Positions 38,366-47,234 of a stretch of 64,000 bases of DNA are shown one piece after another. Positions within the stretch are counted from its first letter, which is position 1, and each line of letters begins with the position of its first letter. Under the pieces are notes generated by a model. It was not told where the DNA came from. It made no database searches and saw only the letters and a list, made by a program, of their open reading frames with translations. The translations under genes were made by a program, and so were the position numbers. This stretch comes from Candidatus Omnitrophota bacterium (lineage in GTDB: Bacteria; Omnitrophota; Gorgyraeia; Pluralincolimonadales; Pluralincolimonadaceae), in the NCBI GenBank assembly GCA_003141835.1, contig PLNR01000005.1, positions 53,108-117,107 of the forward strand, given 5' to 3'.

Positions 38366-39474
38366 GAGCGCTGGCGGTAAGCGAAAGGGACCTGAAAAGG
38401 TTCATGCGCAACCCGTTCGTCATAATAGCGAGCATATTCATGCCGCTCATGTACCTTGTCATAATGGGCAATTCGTTCCAGGGCGAACTCAAGCACCTTC
38501 CGGTCCTCCTGGTAAACCAGGATAGCGGCCCTTACTCCAGGCGCGTGGTCGAATTACTTCAGGCGCTCGAGGACGGCCCCCGCACTCTCGAGATAACCAG
38601 GGAGAACGACCAGAAGAAAGCGGTCGACATGGTAAGGGACGGTTTTTATAAAGGGGTCATAATAATACCGCCGGATTTCAGCAAAAATGTCGTCAAGAAC
38701 GTGGAGCCGCAGGTCGGGCTGCTGCTGGATAATACCGATTCGATATCCGCGGGGAGCATCTCCGGCGCGGTCTCGAGGTCGATGGCTTACCTCAAATCCG
38801 ATTACCTGGCGGTCCGTCCGGACAGGGCGACGCCCCAGCTGCGCTCGATAGAATTATATAAGAAGATAGACTACGACGCCTCGCTGGTCCCGGGCATAAT
38901 CGTCATGGCGATATTCATGGGCACGACGTTCACCGGGGCGTTCAGCCTCGTCATGGATAAGTTCCTCGGCATACACGAGAGCTACCTGTCGACGCCGCTT
39001 ACCCGGTTTGACCTCGTCGCCGGAACGATAATGAGCGGAGTGCTCATCACGACGGTCATGTCGATAATAGTCATGATAGGCGGACTTATGATAACCGGGA
39101 TAAAGCTTGCGGGCGGCATAGGTACCCTCCTGCTACTGCTGGTCACGATGGTACTTACAGCCCTCGGGCTGTTGAGCATGATATTTACGGTACTGGGGCG
39201 GGCAGACCATCCGAGGATAGTCGGCGTGCTGGTAGGCTTCCTGAACGTCATATTCTATTTCCCGAGCGGTGCGGTCTATCCGATAGAGAGCCTGCCCAAC
39301 TGGTTAAGGGCTTTCGCGAAAGTCAATCCCGAGGCATACGCGGTGCACGCTTTCAAGGAACTTATACTTAAAGGTTCCGGTTTCACGGCGATCCGGGGTG
39401 ACCTTATGTTTTTCGTGGCGTTTATCGCGTTTATGTTATGTTTAGCGACTTTGACGTTCAAGAGGACGATGTGA
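38362..39474 (+). CDS. ABC-2 type transporter permease
   Basis: 370 aa with a large periplasmic loop after TM1 then 5 TM helices. Coupled to the ATPase by ATGA overlap. Confidence 0.8.
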   Translation: MRALAVSERDLKRFMRNPFVIIASIFMPLMYLVIMGNSFQGELKHLPVLLVNQDSGPYSRRVVELLQALEDGPRTLEITRENDQKKAVDMVRDGFYKGVIIIPPDFSKNVVKNVEPQVGLLLDNTDSISAGSISGAVSRSMAYLKSDYLAVRPDRATPQLRSIELYKKIDYDASLVPGIIVMAIFMGTTFTGAFSLVMDKFLGIHESYLSTPLTRFDLVAGTIMSGVLITTVMSIIVMIGGLMITGIKLAGGIGTLLLLLVTMVLTALGLLSMIFTVLGRADHPRIVGVLVGFLNVIFYFPSGAVYPIESLPNWLRAFAKVNPEAYAVHAFKELILKGSGFTAIRGDLMFFVAFIAFMLCLATLTFKRTM

Positions 39475-40832
39475 TGATATATATAAGGAAGATAGTTATA
39501 TTCTCGGCCGTGCTTGCGCTCATGGCGGCAAGCAGCGCATATCCCGCCGAGGCGGTTATCCCCGGTACGGCGACGCTAACCCTGGACGACTGCGTCAAGG
39601 CCGCGCTCGCGAACAGTCCCAAGCTGCAGGAAGCCGTCAGTAATGTTGACCTGAATAAGGCCGGGGTCGGTTCGGCGAAGTCCGCTTACCTGCCGCAGCT
39701 CTCGACTACAGCCAGCTACTTGCATTATGATACCTCGAAAGTTGCTTTCGGCTCTTTCGCGATCTCGAGCAACGTGGCAAACGCGTTCCCTGCGGTAGAT
39801 AAGAGATACGAAGTCTTATCGGAGAACACCGCCGTAAGCCAGCTTATCTGGGATTTCGGCCAGACGCTGAACAGGATCAAGTTTGCCAACGAGACTCTCT
39901 CGGCCTCGCAGTATGAGTTCCTTGAGACGCAGGAGAACACGATACTTAATTCCGAAAAGGGGTATTTCGACGCGATGCGCGCTCAGCTCCTGCTTGAGGC
40001 GGCGAAAGATAACTATGAGATGATGAAAGTCCACCTCGAACGCACAAAGGGATTCTTTGAGGTGGGATACCGGCAGGCCTATGACGTTACGAAGGACGAG
40101 GTCAACGTAGCTAACGCGAACCTCGACCTCGTGACCGCGAAGAAGAATTTCGAGATGTCCAAAGTGACGCTCAATAATATAATGGGGAATACCGGCGGGA
40201 CGGCATACAGGGTGGTCGAGATCGGGGATTTCAAACCGGACGAGATAAACCTTGATGAGGCGCTGAAGTCGGCGGCGTCAAACCGCGTCGAGCTCTCGAA
40301 GCTCCAGGCCAGGGCGCGGGCGGCCCAGGCCGATCTCGCGGCTAAGAAGAAAGGCAATTGGCCGGTCATCTCGGTCGGCGGCAGCCACCAGGTCAGCGAT
40401 ACGAGCACGCCCGGCGTCGGAAACGTCCATAGCTGGAACGCAGGGCCACAGATCAGTTGGCCGTGGTTCGACGGTTTCAAGACAAAGTCCGATATCGAGG
40501 CCGCGCAGGCGAACCTTAAGTTAGCCCAGCTCGGGATACAGGACGAGACATTGAACATAGCCCTTGAGGTCCAGAGCGCGGTGCTTTCTCTCGGGGAATC
40601 GAAGGAGCGGATCACCGCGACGGGAAAACTCCTCCAGCAGTCGAAAGAATACCTCGATATATCCAACGCGAGGTACGAGGAAGGCCTCGGCTCGATAATA
40701 GAAGTCACCGACGCAGAGAACTCGCTCGTCTCGGCCAGGCAGGGCCACGCCTCCGCGATCGCGGACTATTTGACCGCCTCCGCGTCATACCAAAAATCCA
40801 TCGGCGTCATCTCCCAGGGCATAGTAAAGTAG
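39474..40832 (+). CDS. TolC-like outer membrane efflux protein
   Basis: Signal peptide and duplicated OEP repeats (LTLDDCVKAAL...; ...EVTDAENSLVSARQ). ATG 39474 overlaps the permease stop by 1 nt. Confidence 0.8.
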   Translation: MIYIRKIVIFSAVLALMAASSAYPAEAVIPGTATLTLDDCVKAALANSPKLQEAVSNVDLNKAGVGSAKSAYLPQLSTTASYLHYDTSKVAFGSFAISSNVANAFPAVDKRYEVLSENTAVSQLIWDFGQTLNRIKFANETLSASQYEFLETQENTILNSEKGYFDAMRAQLLLEAAKDNYEMMKVHLERTKGFFEVGYRQAYDVTKDEVNVANANLDLVTAKKNFEMSKVTLNNIMGNTGGTAYRVVEIGDFKPDEINLDEALKSAASNRVELSKLQARARAAQADLAAKKKGNWPVISVGGSHQVSDTSTPGVGNVHSWNAGPQISWPWFDGFKTKSDIEAAQANLKLAQLGIQDETLNIALEVQSAVLSLGESKERITATGKLLQQSKEYLDISNARYEEGLGSIIEVTDAENSLVSARQGHASAIADYLTASASYQKSIGVISQGIVK

Positions 40833-40874
40833 ATTCTTCCGGTCGGCCCCCATATTTAACCCTCCTTATTATGC

Positions 40875-40902
40875 TTGAAATAAGCATTTCTGGCGTTATA
40901 AT
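40875..40902 (+). promoter_or_regulatory. sigma70-like promoter (TTGAAA-16-TATAAT) at the edge of the AT-rich islet
   Basis: TTGAAA at 40875-40880 and TATAAT at 40897-40902. The -35 lies inside a 6-bp-stem palindrome ATGCTT gaaat AAGCAT (40871-40887). Confidence 0.45.
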
Positions 40903-40922
40903 CATGTTATATGCTAAGGGCA

Positions 40923-40946
40923 CAGCCGCTGAGTTCAAACGTTAGG
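40923..40946 (+). repeat. 24-nt GC-rich direct repeat copy 1 (CAGCCGCTGAGTTCAAACGTTAGG) just 5' of a small-ORF start
   Basis: Matches copy 2 at 23/24 positions. Followed by an A-rich tract and ATG 40954. Ends in GTTAGG, which fits the GTTRRRY core-site consensus. Confidence 0.6.
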
Positions 40947-40953
40947 TTTAAAA

Positions 40954-41331
40954 ATGATTAATGAGCTAATAATGAAATTAAATGAGAAAAATATACCCTA
41001 TGTGAATAACGGCAAGGGTATAAAAATCAAAGGTAATTCTGACTTTGATATTGACATATATGATGAAGGGCATGAATTAACGCTGGCTATGGGCGAAACT
41101 CATTGTCACCGCGATACCATTGAAGAAGCTTTGAAAATTATAGATTATTCTTTAAGTGGAAAGCTAAAAATTGTTAATAAATTGCGCGGAACTACAGTAG
41201 TAGGGTCCCAAATACAGATAGTTGATTCTGATGGGAATAATAAGGTTTTAGAGTATTCTGGATCATTATTAAGCATTCTTTATTTTTGGAAGAAAAAATC
41301 ATTCGAAGAAAGATATTTCAAAAAAATCTAA
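40954..41331 (+). CDS. hypothetical small protein (125 aa) in AT-rich islet
   Basis: About 30% GC ORF in about 55-60% GC surroundings. No recognisable motif. Soluble, Lys/Asp-rich. Confidence 0.4.
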   Translation: MINELIMKLNEKNIPYVNNGKGIKIKGNSDFDIDIYDEGHELTLAMGETHCHRDTIEEALKIIDYSLSGKLKIVNKLRGTTVVGSQIQIVDSDGNNKVLEYSGSLLSILYFWKKKSFEERYFKKI

Positions 41332-41375
41332 CATTTCACTCCAGCGGACTGCGCCAACTACCTGTTTTAAAGTCG

Positions 41376-41399
41376 CAGCCGCTGAGTTCAGACGTTAGG
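41376..41399 (+). repeat. 24-nt GC-rich direct repeat copy 2 (CAGCCGCTGAGTTCAGACGTTAGG)
   Basis: 453 nt downstream of copy 1, again followed by an A-run then ATG (41408). An in-frame TGA overlaps the ATG (ATGA). Confidence 0.6.
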
Positions 41400-41407
41400 C
41401 ATAAAAA

Positions 41408-41656
41408 ATGAATAAAATAATAGACGTTTTGGGAATAGTTATCTATGCGATTTTAATCATAGCGTACTATCGTTTCATTACTAAAGAAAAAAGGATAGAA
41501 AATATATTTAATTGGCAAAAGAAAAATATTCCTTTCATTATGAAAACGCAGGGCTTAGATCAATATAAAGCATTTATGATTTGGGGCCATCGCTTACTTA
41601 TCGCATTTGGGCTTATTGCCTGCGCTTGTTGGTTATATCAAATATTTACCCAATAA
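41408..41656 (+). CDS. hypothetical small membrane protein (82 aa, 2 TM) in AT-rich islet
   Basis: AT-rich ORF with two hydrophobic helices (VLGIVIYAILIIAYY and LLIAFGLIACACWLY). No known motif. Confidence 0.4.
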   Translation: MNKIIDVLGIVIYAILIIAYYRFITKEKRIENIFNWQKKNIPFIMKTQGLDQYKAFMIWGHRLLIAFGLIACACWLYQIFTQ

Positions 41657-41669
41657 TCAGAAAAAGAAG

Positions 41670-42149
41670 ATGATTAAAGACTTCAGGTTCTCTGCGACAA
41701 ATGACGCATACCATGCGCACTCTGACAGTATGAAGTTCGATCTGTCACAACCACCTGTCGTTTGCACCTTTAAACGCCGCAATGCTCCCCAAGAGCTCAT
41801 CCTATCCATCGGACAAACACAGGGCGACGCTCAACGGGGTCCCACGTATCAAGATGTTGCGGCTCAAGGAGAGATCCGATTCTTAAATCCTTTTGAACCG
41901 GGCAGATTCAACGCCTTTTTAGCCGAGGCGGTTGTGCGTTACTATCTCGCAAAAGCGTCAAACACTCGCACGACCATCGCCAAGATCCTTGTGTTGATTA
42001 TCGGAGGTAAGTTCGAAGCCCAGCTTGACCTTTCAGGGTATGAGAATGTTTCGCCGGAGGGGCAAAGGGACTTCGAGTCGCGCCTCTCAAGCATTCTTTT
42101 GATCAGGACATGGAGAATAATACAGAAACCGAACAAACAAAACGGTTGA
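41670..42149 (+). CDS. hypothetical protein (160 aa)
   Basis: Open frame of normal GC immediately after the islet. Start chosen at the MIKDFRF ATG. No recognisable domain. Confidence 0.35.
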   Translation: MIKDFRFSATNDAYHAHSDSMKFDLSQPPVVCTFKRRNAPQELILSIGQTQGDAQRGPTYQDVAAQGEIRFLNPFEPGRFNAFLAEAVVRYYLAKASNTRTTIAKILVLIIGGKFEAQLDLSGYENVSPEGQRDFESRLSSILLIRTWRIIQKPNKQNG

Positions 42150-42174
42150 GTTTCAACCCGCGAAGTTATAGAAT

Positions 42175-42729
42175 ATGCCTGTGCCGGAGAAGCCAAGATT
42201 ACTTTTGCATGTCTGCTGCGCGCCTTGCTGCACCTACCCGATAACAGCCCTGCAGGATGAATTTGAGGTAGAATTATTCTTTTACAACCCGAACATCCAT
42301 CCTGAGGAAGAGTACAAGGCGCGGCTTGACGAGGCGGAGAGATACGCCGCTAAGATCGGCTTGATCCTGTACAAGTCCGCATACGAGGCAGACGCCTGGT
42401 ATCGCGCCACGTCAGGCCTCCAGGACGAGCCGGAGGGCGGCGACCGCTGCGAGATATGTTACCGGATGCGGCTGGGCAAGACCGCTAAGTTTGCCGTGGC
42501 TAATGATTTTGATTATTTCGCTACGACGCTGACTATCAGCCCGCATAAGGACGCGAAAAAGATAAACTCGCTCGGCGCGATGATCGCGGATATGTACATG
42601 CTGAAATTCCACGGCGCCGATTTCAAGAAGAAGGACGGTTTCAAGAAGTCCGCGCAGATGTCCAAAGAGGCGGGATTATACAGGCAGGATTACTGCGGCT
42701 GCCAGTACAGCAAAAAAGGGAAAGGCTAA
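42175..42729 (+). CDS. queH: epoxyqueuosine reductase QueH (DUF208)
   Basis: LLLHVCCAPCCTYP N-terminal Cys motif and C-terminal CGC..Y motif characteristic of QueH. Confidence 0.8.
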   Translation: MPVPEKPRLLLHVCCAPCCTYPITALQDEFEVELFFYNPNIHPEEEYKARLDEAERYAAKIGLILYKSAYEADAWYRATSGLQDEPEGGDRCEICYRMRLGKTAKFAVANDFDYFATTLTISPHKDAKKINSLGAMIADMYMLKFHGADFKKKDGFKKSAQMSKEAGLYRQDYCGCQYSKKGKG

Positions 42730-42731
42730 AG

Positions 42732-43046
42732 ATGAAGAAATGCCCGTATTGCGCTGAAGAGATACAGGACGACGCGATAAAATGCAAGCATTGCGGCGAA
42801 TTCCTCGATAAGCAGAAGCAGAAATGGTATTTCAAGACCTACTCCTTCGTGATAGCTTTCCTCTGCATCGGGCCGTTCGCCCTGCCGATGGTATGGTTCA
42901 ACCCTAATTACAGCAAATCGAAGAAGATGAACATAACGATCATAACTTTGGCGGTCAGCGTGGCGCTGACCATCGTATTCTGGGGCGCTTTCCAGTCTAT
43001 CGGAAGTTATTATAAGCAGCTCGAAGAATTGTTCCCGAAGGCATAA
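42732..43046 (+). CDS. zinc-ribbon membrane protein
   Basis: N-terminal CPYC...CKHC ribbon followed by two TM helices. Confidence 0.5.
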   Translation: MKKCPYCAEEIQDDAIKCKHCGEFLDKQKQKWYFKTYSFVIAFLCIGPFALPMVWFNPNYSKSKKMNITIITLAVSVALTIVFWGAFQSIGSYYKQLEELFPKA

Positions 43047-43062
43047 AAGAGGAGGAGACAAA

Positions 43063-43299
43063 ATGGCAGGCGATCAGGATCTAAAACCAAAAGTTCAGCA
43101 GGCCCTGAACAAGATACGCCCGATGCTCCAGGCCGACGGCGGCGACATCGAGCTGGTAGACGTCGTAGGGAAGGTCGTTAAAGTGAAACTTACCGGCGCG
43201 TGCGGATGCTGCCCGATGTCGCAGATGACGCTCCAGATGGGCGTACAGCGCGCGATCAAAGAGGCAGTTCCCGAGATAGAGAAGGTGGAGGCGGTTTAA
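43063..43299 (+). CDS. NifU-like (Nfu) Fe-S cluster domain protein
   Basis: 78 aa with GACGCCPMSQMTLQ CxxC motif typical of the NifU C-terminal domain. Good RBS GAGGAG. Confidence 0.8.
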   Translation: MAGDQDLKPKVQQALNKIRPMLQADGGDIELVDVVGKVVKVKLTGACGCCPMSQMTLQMGVQRAIKEAVPEIEKVEAV

Positions 43300-43384
43300 G
43301 CGTAACGCCGTTCGTGAGGGAGGAAATTTCCTTGACAAAGGTTTTTCGGTTAAGTATACTTATTACAAAAGAAAGGGGGAAATT

Positions 43385-43723
43385 ATGAAGAGCAGACTGT
43401 TGACGACCGCAATTTTAGTATTGGTAGTGATCGGACTTTTATCGGTAAGCTCGCCTTCATACGCCCAGGGTGCCTTGAATAAGCTAGGCCGCGGAGTCGT
43501 GAATACATTGACCGGCTGGCTCGAGATCCCGAAGGGGATAGTCGATGAGAGCAAGGCCAATAACGTATTCACCGGGCTGACAGTCGGGACGATAAAAGGA
43601 TTAGGCTTAGGCCTGGTCCGTACCGGCGCGGGTATCTATGAAGCCCTGACGTTCCCGTTCCCGATCCCCGAAGGCTATGCGCCAATCGTAAAGCCTGAGT
43701 TTGTTTATTCTAACGAAAAGTAA
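43385..43723 (+). CDS. small exported protein, possibly exosortase-system-associated (TIGR04073-like)
   Basis: Signal peptide. LNKLGRGVVNTLTGWLEIPKG pattern recalled from the about 100-aa putative exosortase-associated family. Assignment is from memory, not verified. Confidence 0.4.
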   Translation: MKSRLLTTAILVLVVIGLLSVSSPSYAQGALNKLGRGVVNTLTGWLEIPKGIVDESKANNVFTGLTVGTIKGLGLGLVRTGAGIYEALTFPFPIPEGYAPIVKPEFVYSNEK

Positions 43724-43742
43724 AATCTTGTAGTCGGAAGGA

Positions 43743-43769
43743 AGAATCTTGCGGGGCCTTGGAAAAGGC
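43743..43769 (+). terminator. rho-independent terminator
   Basis: GGGGCCTT ggaa AAGGCCCC perfect 8-bp stem followed by GTTTTTT. Confidence 0.8.
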
Positions 43770-43928
43770 CCCGTTTTTTAAGGCACAATTCGAAACGTGA
43801 ATAATTAATCTTGACAAGGCCCTGTTTATATGGCAATATTAAAACAACCTACTTAATAACAATACCTTACATACCTGTTTTAAAAAGTCCCCTGCTGCAA
43901 AAATTACATTTGGAGAAGGAGGCCTTGA

Positions 43929-45884
43929 ATGCGTTTTAAAGCATTTCTTCTTATCGGTTCTTTTGTGGTGCTATTGGCGGGCCATGCGGCGCCGGCTTTT
44001 ACGGCAGTCGCCAAGCAGATAGCGCCGCTTTTTGACCCGGGAACCGAAGAAGCGGTTGACTACGCCAAATACGGTGAGTTCAAGGGCATAGGCACCGAGG
44101 CTTACAAGTATGAGATCAAAGACAGGCAGGGCCTTGCCGCAGCCGTAGGCGAGGGCATATATCCAAACACCAGCGTCACCAAAGACCCCGCATACAGGGA
44201 AGCGCAGGCGAGCGGGAAGCTCGTGGGAAAACACTGGGATTTCGTGAATAACGAGGACCAGATGCTCGCCTTTTACAAATGGGCGACGGCAAGCGAAGAA
44301 TCCGGCGTAAAGCTGTATTATACCGCCGCTGCCCTCGCCAGGTCCGGCCACACGCTCCAGGCGATAAAAGCATATTATGCGGTGCTGGTGAATTACCCGA
44401 GGTCGATAGGCTGGACATATTGGCACACCCCGCTTTATAGCTCGAAGATGGCATTAAATGACATCGAATACCTTACCAGGACCCATCCGGAGCTGGGCAT
44501 TAAACTGGTGGGCGCTAAGATAACCGTAGAAAATTCTTTCGACAACGACGTATCCAACGACAAATTCATCATAGACCCGGGAAAACTCGTCAAGGTAAAA
44601 CCCGAAGAAGTCATCCCCCCGAAGATAGATCTCTCAAAACTTAAAGTCATCAAGACCGCAGGCGGCGCGCACGTCAAGCTCGTCGAATACGAGAACGGCC
44701 ACTGGCAGCTTTTGGTCGACGGCAAGCCTTTCCCGATGAAGGCGATGGCGTATTCCCCGAACAAGGTCGGCCTCTCGCCTGATAACGGCTCCCTGAACGT
44801 TCAGACCGACTGGATGACCGCGGATTTTAACAAGAACGGCAAGATCGACGGGCCGTATGACGCCTACGTCGACATGAATAAGAACAACAAGCAGGACCCG
44901 GACGAACCGTTCGTCGGCGATTTCCAATTAATGAAGGATATGGGGGTCAACACTATACGCCTTTATCACCATTCTACCAATAAAGACCTCCTTAAGGACG
45001 GTTACGAGAAGTACGGTTTCATGTACCTCATGGGCGATTTCCTCGGGATGTACGCGGCCGGCTCGGGCGCGGATTGGTATTCGGGCACCGATTACACCGA
45101 CGAAGGGCAAAAGAAGAAGATGATGGATAGCGTCAGGCAGGTCGTCATGGAATATAAGGATGAACCTTATATCCTCATGTGGGTGCTTGGCAACGAGAAC
45201 AATTACGGATATCCCGGCACGCCTGATGTCGAACCGGGAATGGGTTGCCGCGCGAAACTCCAGCCCGACGCCTATTACGCCTTCGTCAACGAAGTCGCTA
45301 AGATGATTAAATCGATCGACCCTAACCATCCGGTCGCCATCTGCAACGGCGAGACGGTATATCTCAATTATTTCGCAAAATATTGCACGGATGTGGACGT
45401 CTTCGGCGCGAATGTCTACCGCGGCCCGAACGGTTTCGGGAGGACGTATTGGGAGGATGTAAAGGACCTGACCGGCAGGCCTTCGATCATAACCGAATAC
45501 GGCTGCCCCTCTTATTTTAAAGATGATCCGGAAAAAGGGGAGACACTGCAGGCGGAATACCATAAAGGCAACTGGGAAGACATCGCCTATAATATGGCCG
45601 GCTCGGGTTTCGGCAATGCCCTCGGCGGCGTCTGTTTCGAATGGGTGGACGAGTGGTGGAAGGCAGGGCCTCCGCCGCAGCTTGATCCGGCGAAGCAGGA
45701 GCCGGAGGGCTGGGATTACAAGACAAAATCAAAGACCCCGGGGAATTTCCGCGGGCCGTTCCCTGACGGATGGCTGCATGAGGAATATTTGGGTGTGACA
45801 AGCCAGGGTAACGGGTCTGACAGCCCGTTCTTAAGGCAGATAAAGAAGGCTTATTACTGGTACAAGGAAAACTGGACAAAATAG
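43929..45884 (+). CDS. secreted multidomain glycoside hydrolase, clan GH-A TIM-barrel (paralog of 47863..49236)
   Basis: Signal peptide and N-terminal about 200-aa helical domain. Core with MKDMGVNTIRLYHH, WVLGNENNYG (acid/base NE) and ITEYGCPSY (nucleophile E). EF-hand-like insert DFNKNGKIDGPYD. Confidence 0.6.
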   Translation: MRFKAFLLIGSFVVLLAGHAAPAFTAVAKQIAPLFDPGTEEAVDYAKYGEFKGIGTEAYKYEIKDRQGLAAAVGEGIYPNTSVTKDPAYREAQASGKLVGKHWDFVNNEDQMLAFYKWATASEESGVKLYYTAAALARSGHTLQAIKAYYAVLVNYPRSIGWTYWHTPLYSSKMALNDIEYLTRTHPELGIKLVGAKITVENSFDNDVSNDKFIIDPGKLVKVKPEEVIPPKIDLSKLKVIKTAGGAHVKLVEYENGHWQLLVDGKPFPMKAMAYSPNKVGLSPDNGSLNVQTDWMTADFNKNGKIDGPYDAYVDMNKNNKQDPDEPFVGDFQLMKDMGVNTIRLYHHSTNKDLLKDGYEKYGFMYLMGDFLGMYAAGSGADWYSGTDYTDEGQKKKMMDSVRQVVMEYKDEPYILMWVLGNENNYGYPGTPDVEPGMGCRAKLQPDAYYAFVNEVAKMIKSIDPNHPVAICNGETVYLNYFAKYCTDVDVFGANVYRGPNGFGRTYWEDVKDLTGRPSIITEYGCPSYFKDDPEKGETLQAEYHKGNWEDIAYNMAGSGFGNALGGVCFEWVDEWWKAGPPPQLDPAKQEPEGWDYKTKSKTPGNFRGPFPDGWLHEEYLGVTSQGNGSDSPFLRQIKKAYYWYKENWTK

Positions 45885-45902
45885 GGAAAGGGGGTCAGGG
45901 AG

Positions 45903-46556
45903 ATGAAGAAGTCAGTGATTCTGTTGGTGGTAATGGCGCTTGCCGTATGCGTCGCGGGTATATCCGTAGCCGCCGATGTGGCTGTAACAACTCCTGCTGC
46001 AACCACAACGACAGGGTTCAAGAGGTTTAATGTCTACACCGACCGCACAGCTCGGGATAACCATTTTATACCTTCCGGTTGGATGGGTGATTACGGTGAC
46101 ATAAAACTTGATACCGGTTGGAAGGATAATCCTCATGGCGGGACAACGTGCATAAAGATCGTTTACACCGGCGAGCAGAAGCAGGGCGCCGGATGGGCAG
46201 GCATCTTCTGGCAGAACCCGGCGAATAACTGGGGAACCAAGCCGGGCGGCTACGACCTTACCGGAGCCAAGAAGCTAGTCTTCTGGGCGAGGGGCGAAAA
46301 AGGCGGAGAGATGCTTTCGAAGACCCAGGTAGGCACCCTGGCCGAGGTTAAGGTCGGCGGCATCACGGGTGAATATGCCGATTCGGATTCCGTCTCGATC
46401 GGGCCTTTGATGCTCACGCCCGAATGGAAGGAATATACGATAGACCTGACCGGCAAGGACCTCACCTACATCTCGGGAGGTTTCTGCTGGGCGGCAAGCG
46501 CTGCGGATAACCCGAGCGGGTTCACGATCTACTTTGATGATATTTATTACGAGTAG
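45903..46556 (+). CDS. secreted putative carbohydrate-binding beta-sandwich protein, tandem paralog 1 of 3
   Basis: Signal peptide. Conserved FKRFNVYTD.....DNH(F/Y)IPSGWMGD...GWK..PHGG.T.IKI.Y..EQKQGAGW.GI(F/Y)WQNPANNWGT.PGG.DLTGAKKL.FWARGE.GGE across the three tandem genes. Confidence 0.55.
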   Translation: MKKSVILLVVMALAVCVAGISVAADVAVTTPAATTTTGFKRFNVYTDRTARDNHFIPSGWMGDYGDIKLDTGWKDNPHGGTTCIKIVYTGEQKQGAGWAGIFWQNPANNWGTKPGGYDLTGAKKLVFWARGEKGGEMLSKTQVGTLAEVKVGGITGEYADSDSVSIGPLMLTPEWKEYTIDLTGKDLTYISGGFCWAASAADNPSGFTIYFDDIYYE

Positions 46557-46631
46557 ACGTTAGCTTTTTCTGATAGTATAATATGGATTTAGTATGAAAG
46601 CGCGGTTCTTGACAAAAGGAGGTCACGTTAG

Positions 46632-47216
46632 ATGAAGAGGTTTGTTGTTTTAGTGATAGCTCTCGGTATGCTCGCGGCGGCGGCGGTATCATACGCCGAG
46701 TTCAAGGGACTGAATGTCTATACCGATAAAACGGCAAAAGACAACCATTACATCCCTTCGGGCTGGATGGGCGATACCGGGGATATCAAGATCGACGCCG
46801 GTTGGAAAGAGAAACCCCACGGCGGGGCAACTTCCATAAAGATCACCTACACGGCCGAGCAGAAGCAGGGCGCGGGCTGGGCGGGTGTATATTGGCAGAA
46901 CCCGGCGAACAACTGGGGCACGCAGCCCGGCGGCATAGATCTTACCGGAGCCAAGAAGCTCGTCTTCTGGGCGAGGGGCGAGAAGGGCGGAGAGAAGTTA
47001 GCGGAATTCAAGATCGGCGGCATTACCGGTGAATACGCTGATTCCGATACCGCCGGCCTGACCGACGTGGTGCTCGCGCCCGAATGGAAGGAATATACGA
47101 TAGACCTGGCCGGAAAAGACCTCAAATCGATCTCCGGAGGTTTCTGCTGGGTCGCTAACGCCGCGTCTAATCCGGGCGGTTTTACGATGTATCTGGACGA
47201 TATACGTTACGAATAG
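46632..47216 (+). CDS. secreted putative carbohydrate-binding protein, tandem paralog 2 of 3
   Basis: Same conserved blocks as 45903..46556. Shorter N-terminal linker. Own RBS GGAGG. Confidence 0.55.
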   Translation: MKRFVVLVIALGMLAAAAVSYAEFKGLNVYTDKTAKDNHYIPSGWMGDTGDIKIDAGWKEKPHGGATSIKITYTAEQKQGAGWAGVYWQNPANNWGTQPGGIDLTGAKKLVFWARGEKGGEKLAEFKIGGITGEYADSDTAGLTDVVLAPEWKEYTIDLAGKDLKSISGGFCWVANAASNPGGFTMYLDDIRYE

Positions 47217-47234
47217 CGAAAGGGGGTTAAGGGA

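Noticed and set aside
40911-40961. 16-codon upstream peptide (MLRAQPLSSNVRFKND) overlapping the start of the 125-aa ORF as a leader peptide
   Set aside because: The second repeat copy keeps a similar frame (QPLSSDVRHKK) but has no ATG/GTG start. Conservation is therefore more likely at the nucleotide level. It is noted only as possible translational coupling.
40923-41399. Possibility that the two 24-nt repeats are a CRISPR array or a tRNA 3'-end duplication (att sites)
   Set aside because: Only two copies, the spacing (453 nt) is far beyond CRISPR spacer length, and no cas genes are present. The sequence does not fold as a T-arm/acceptor stem and no tRNA gene is evident nearby.
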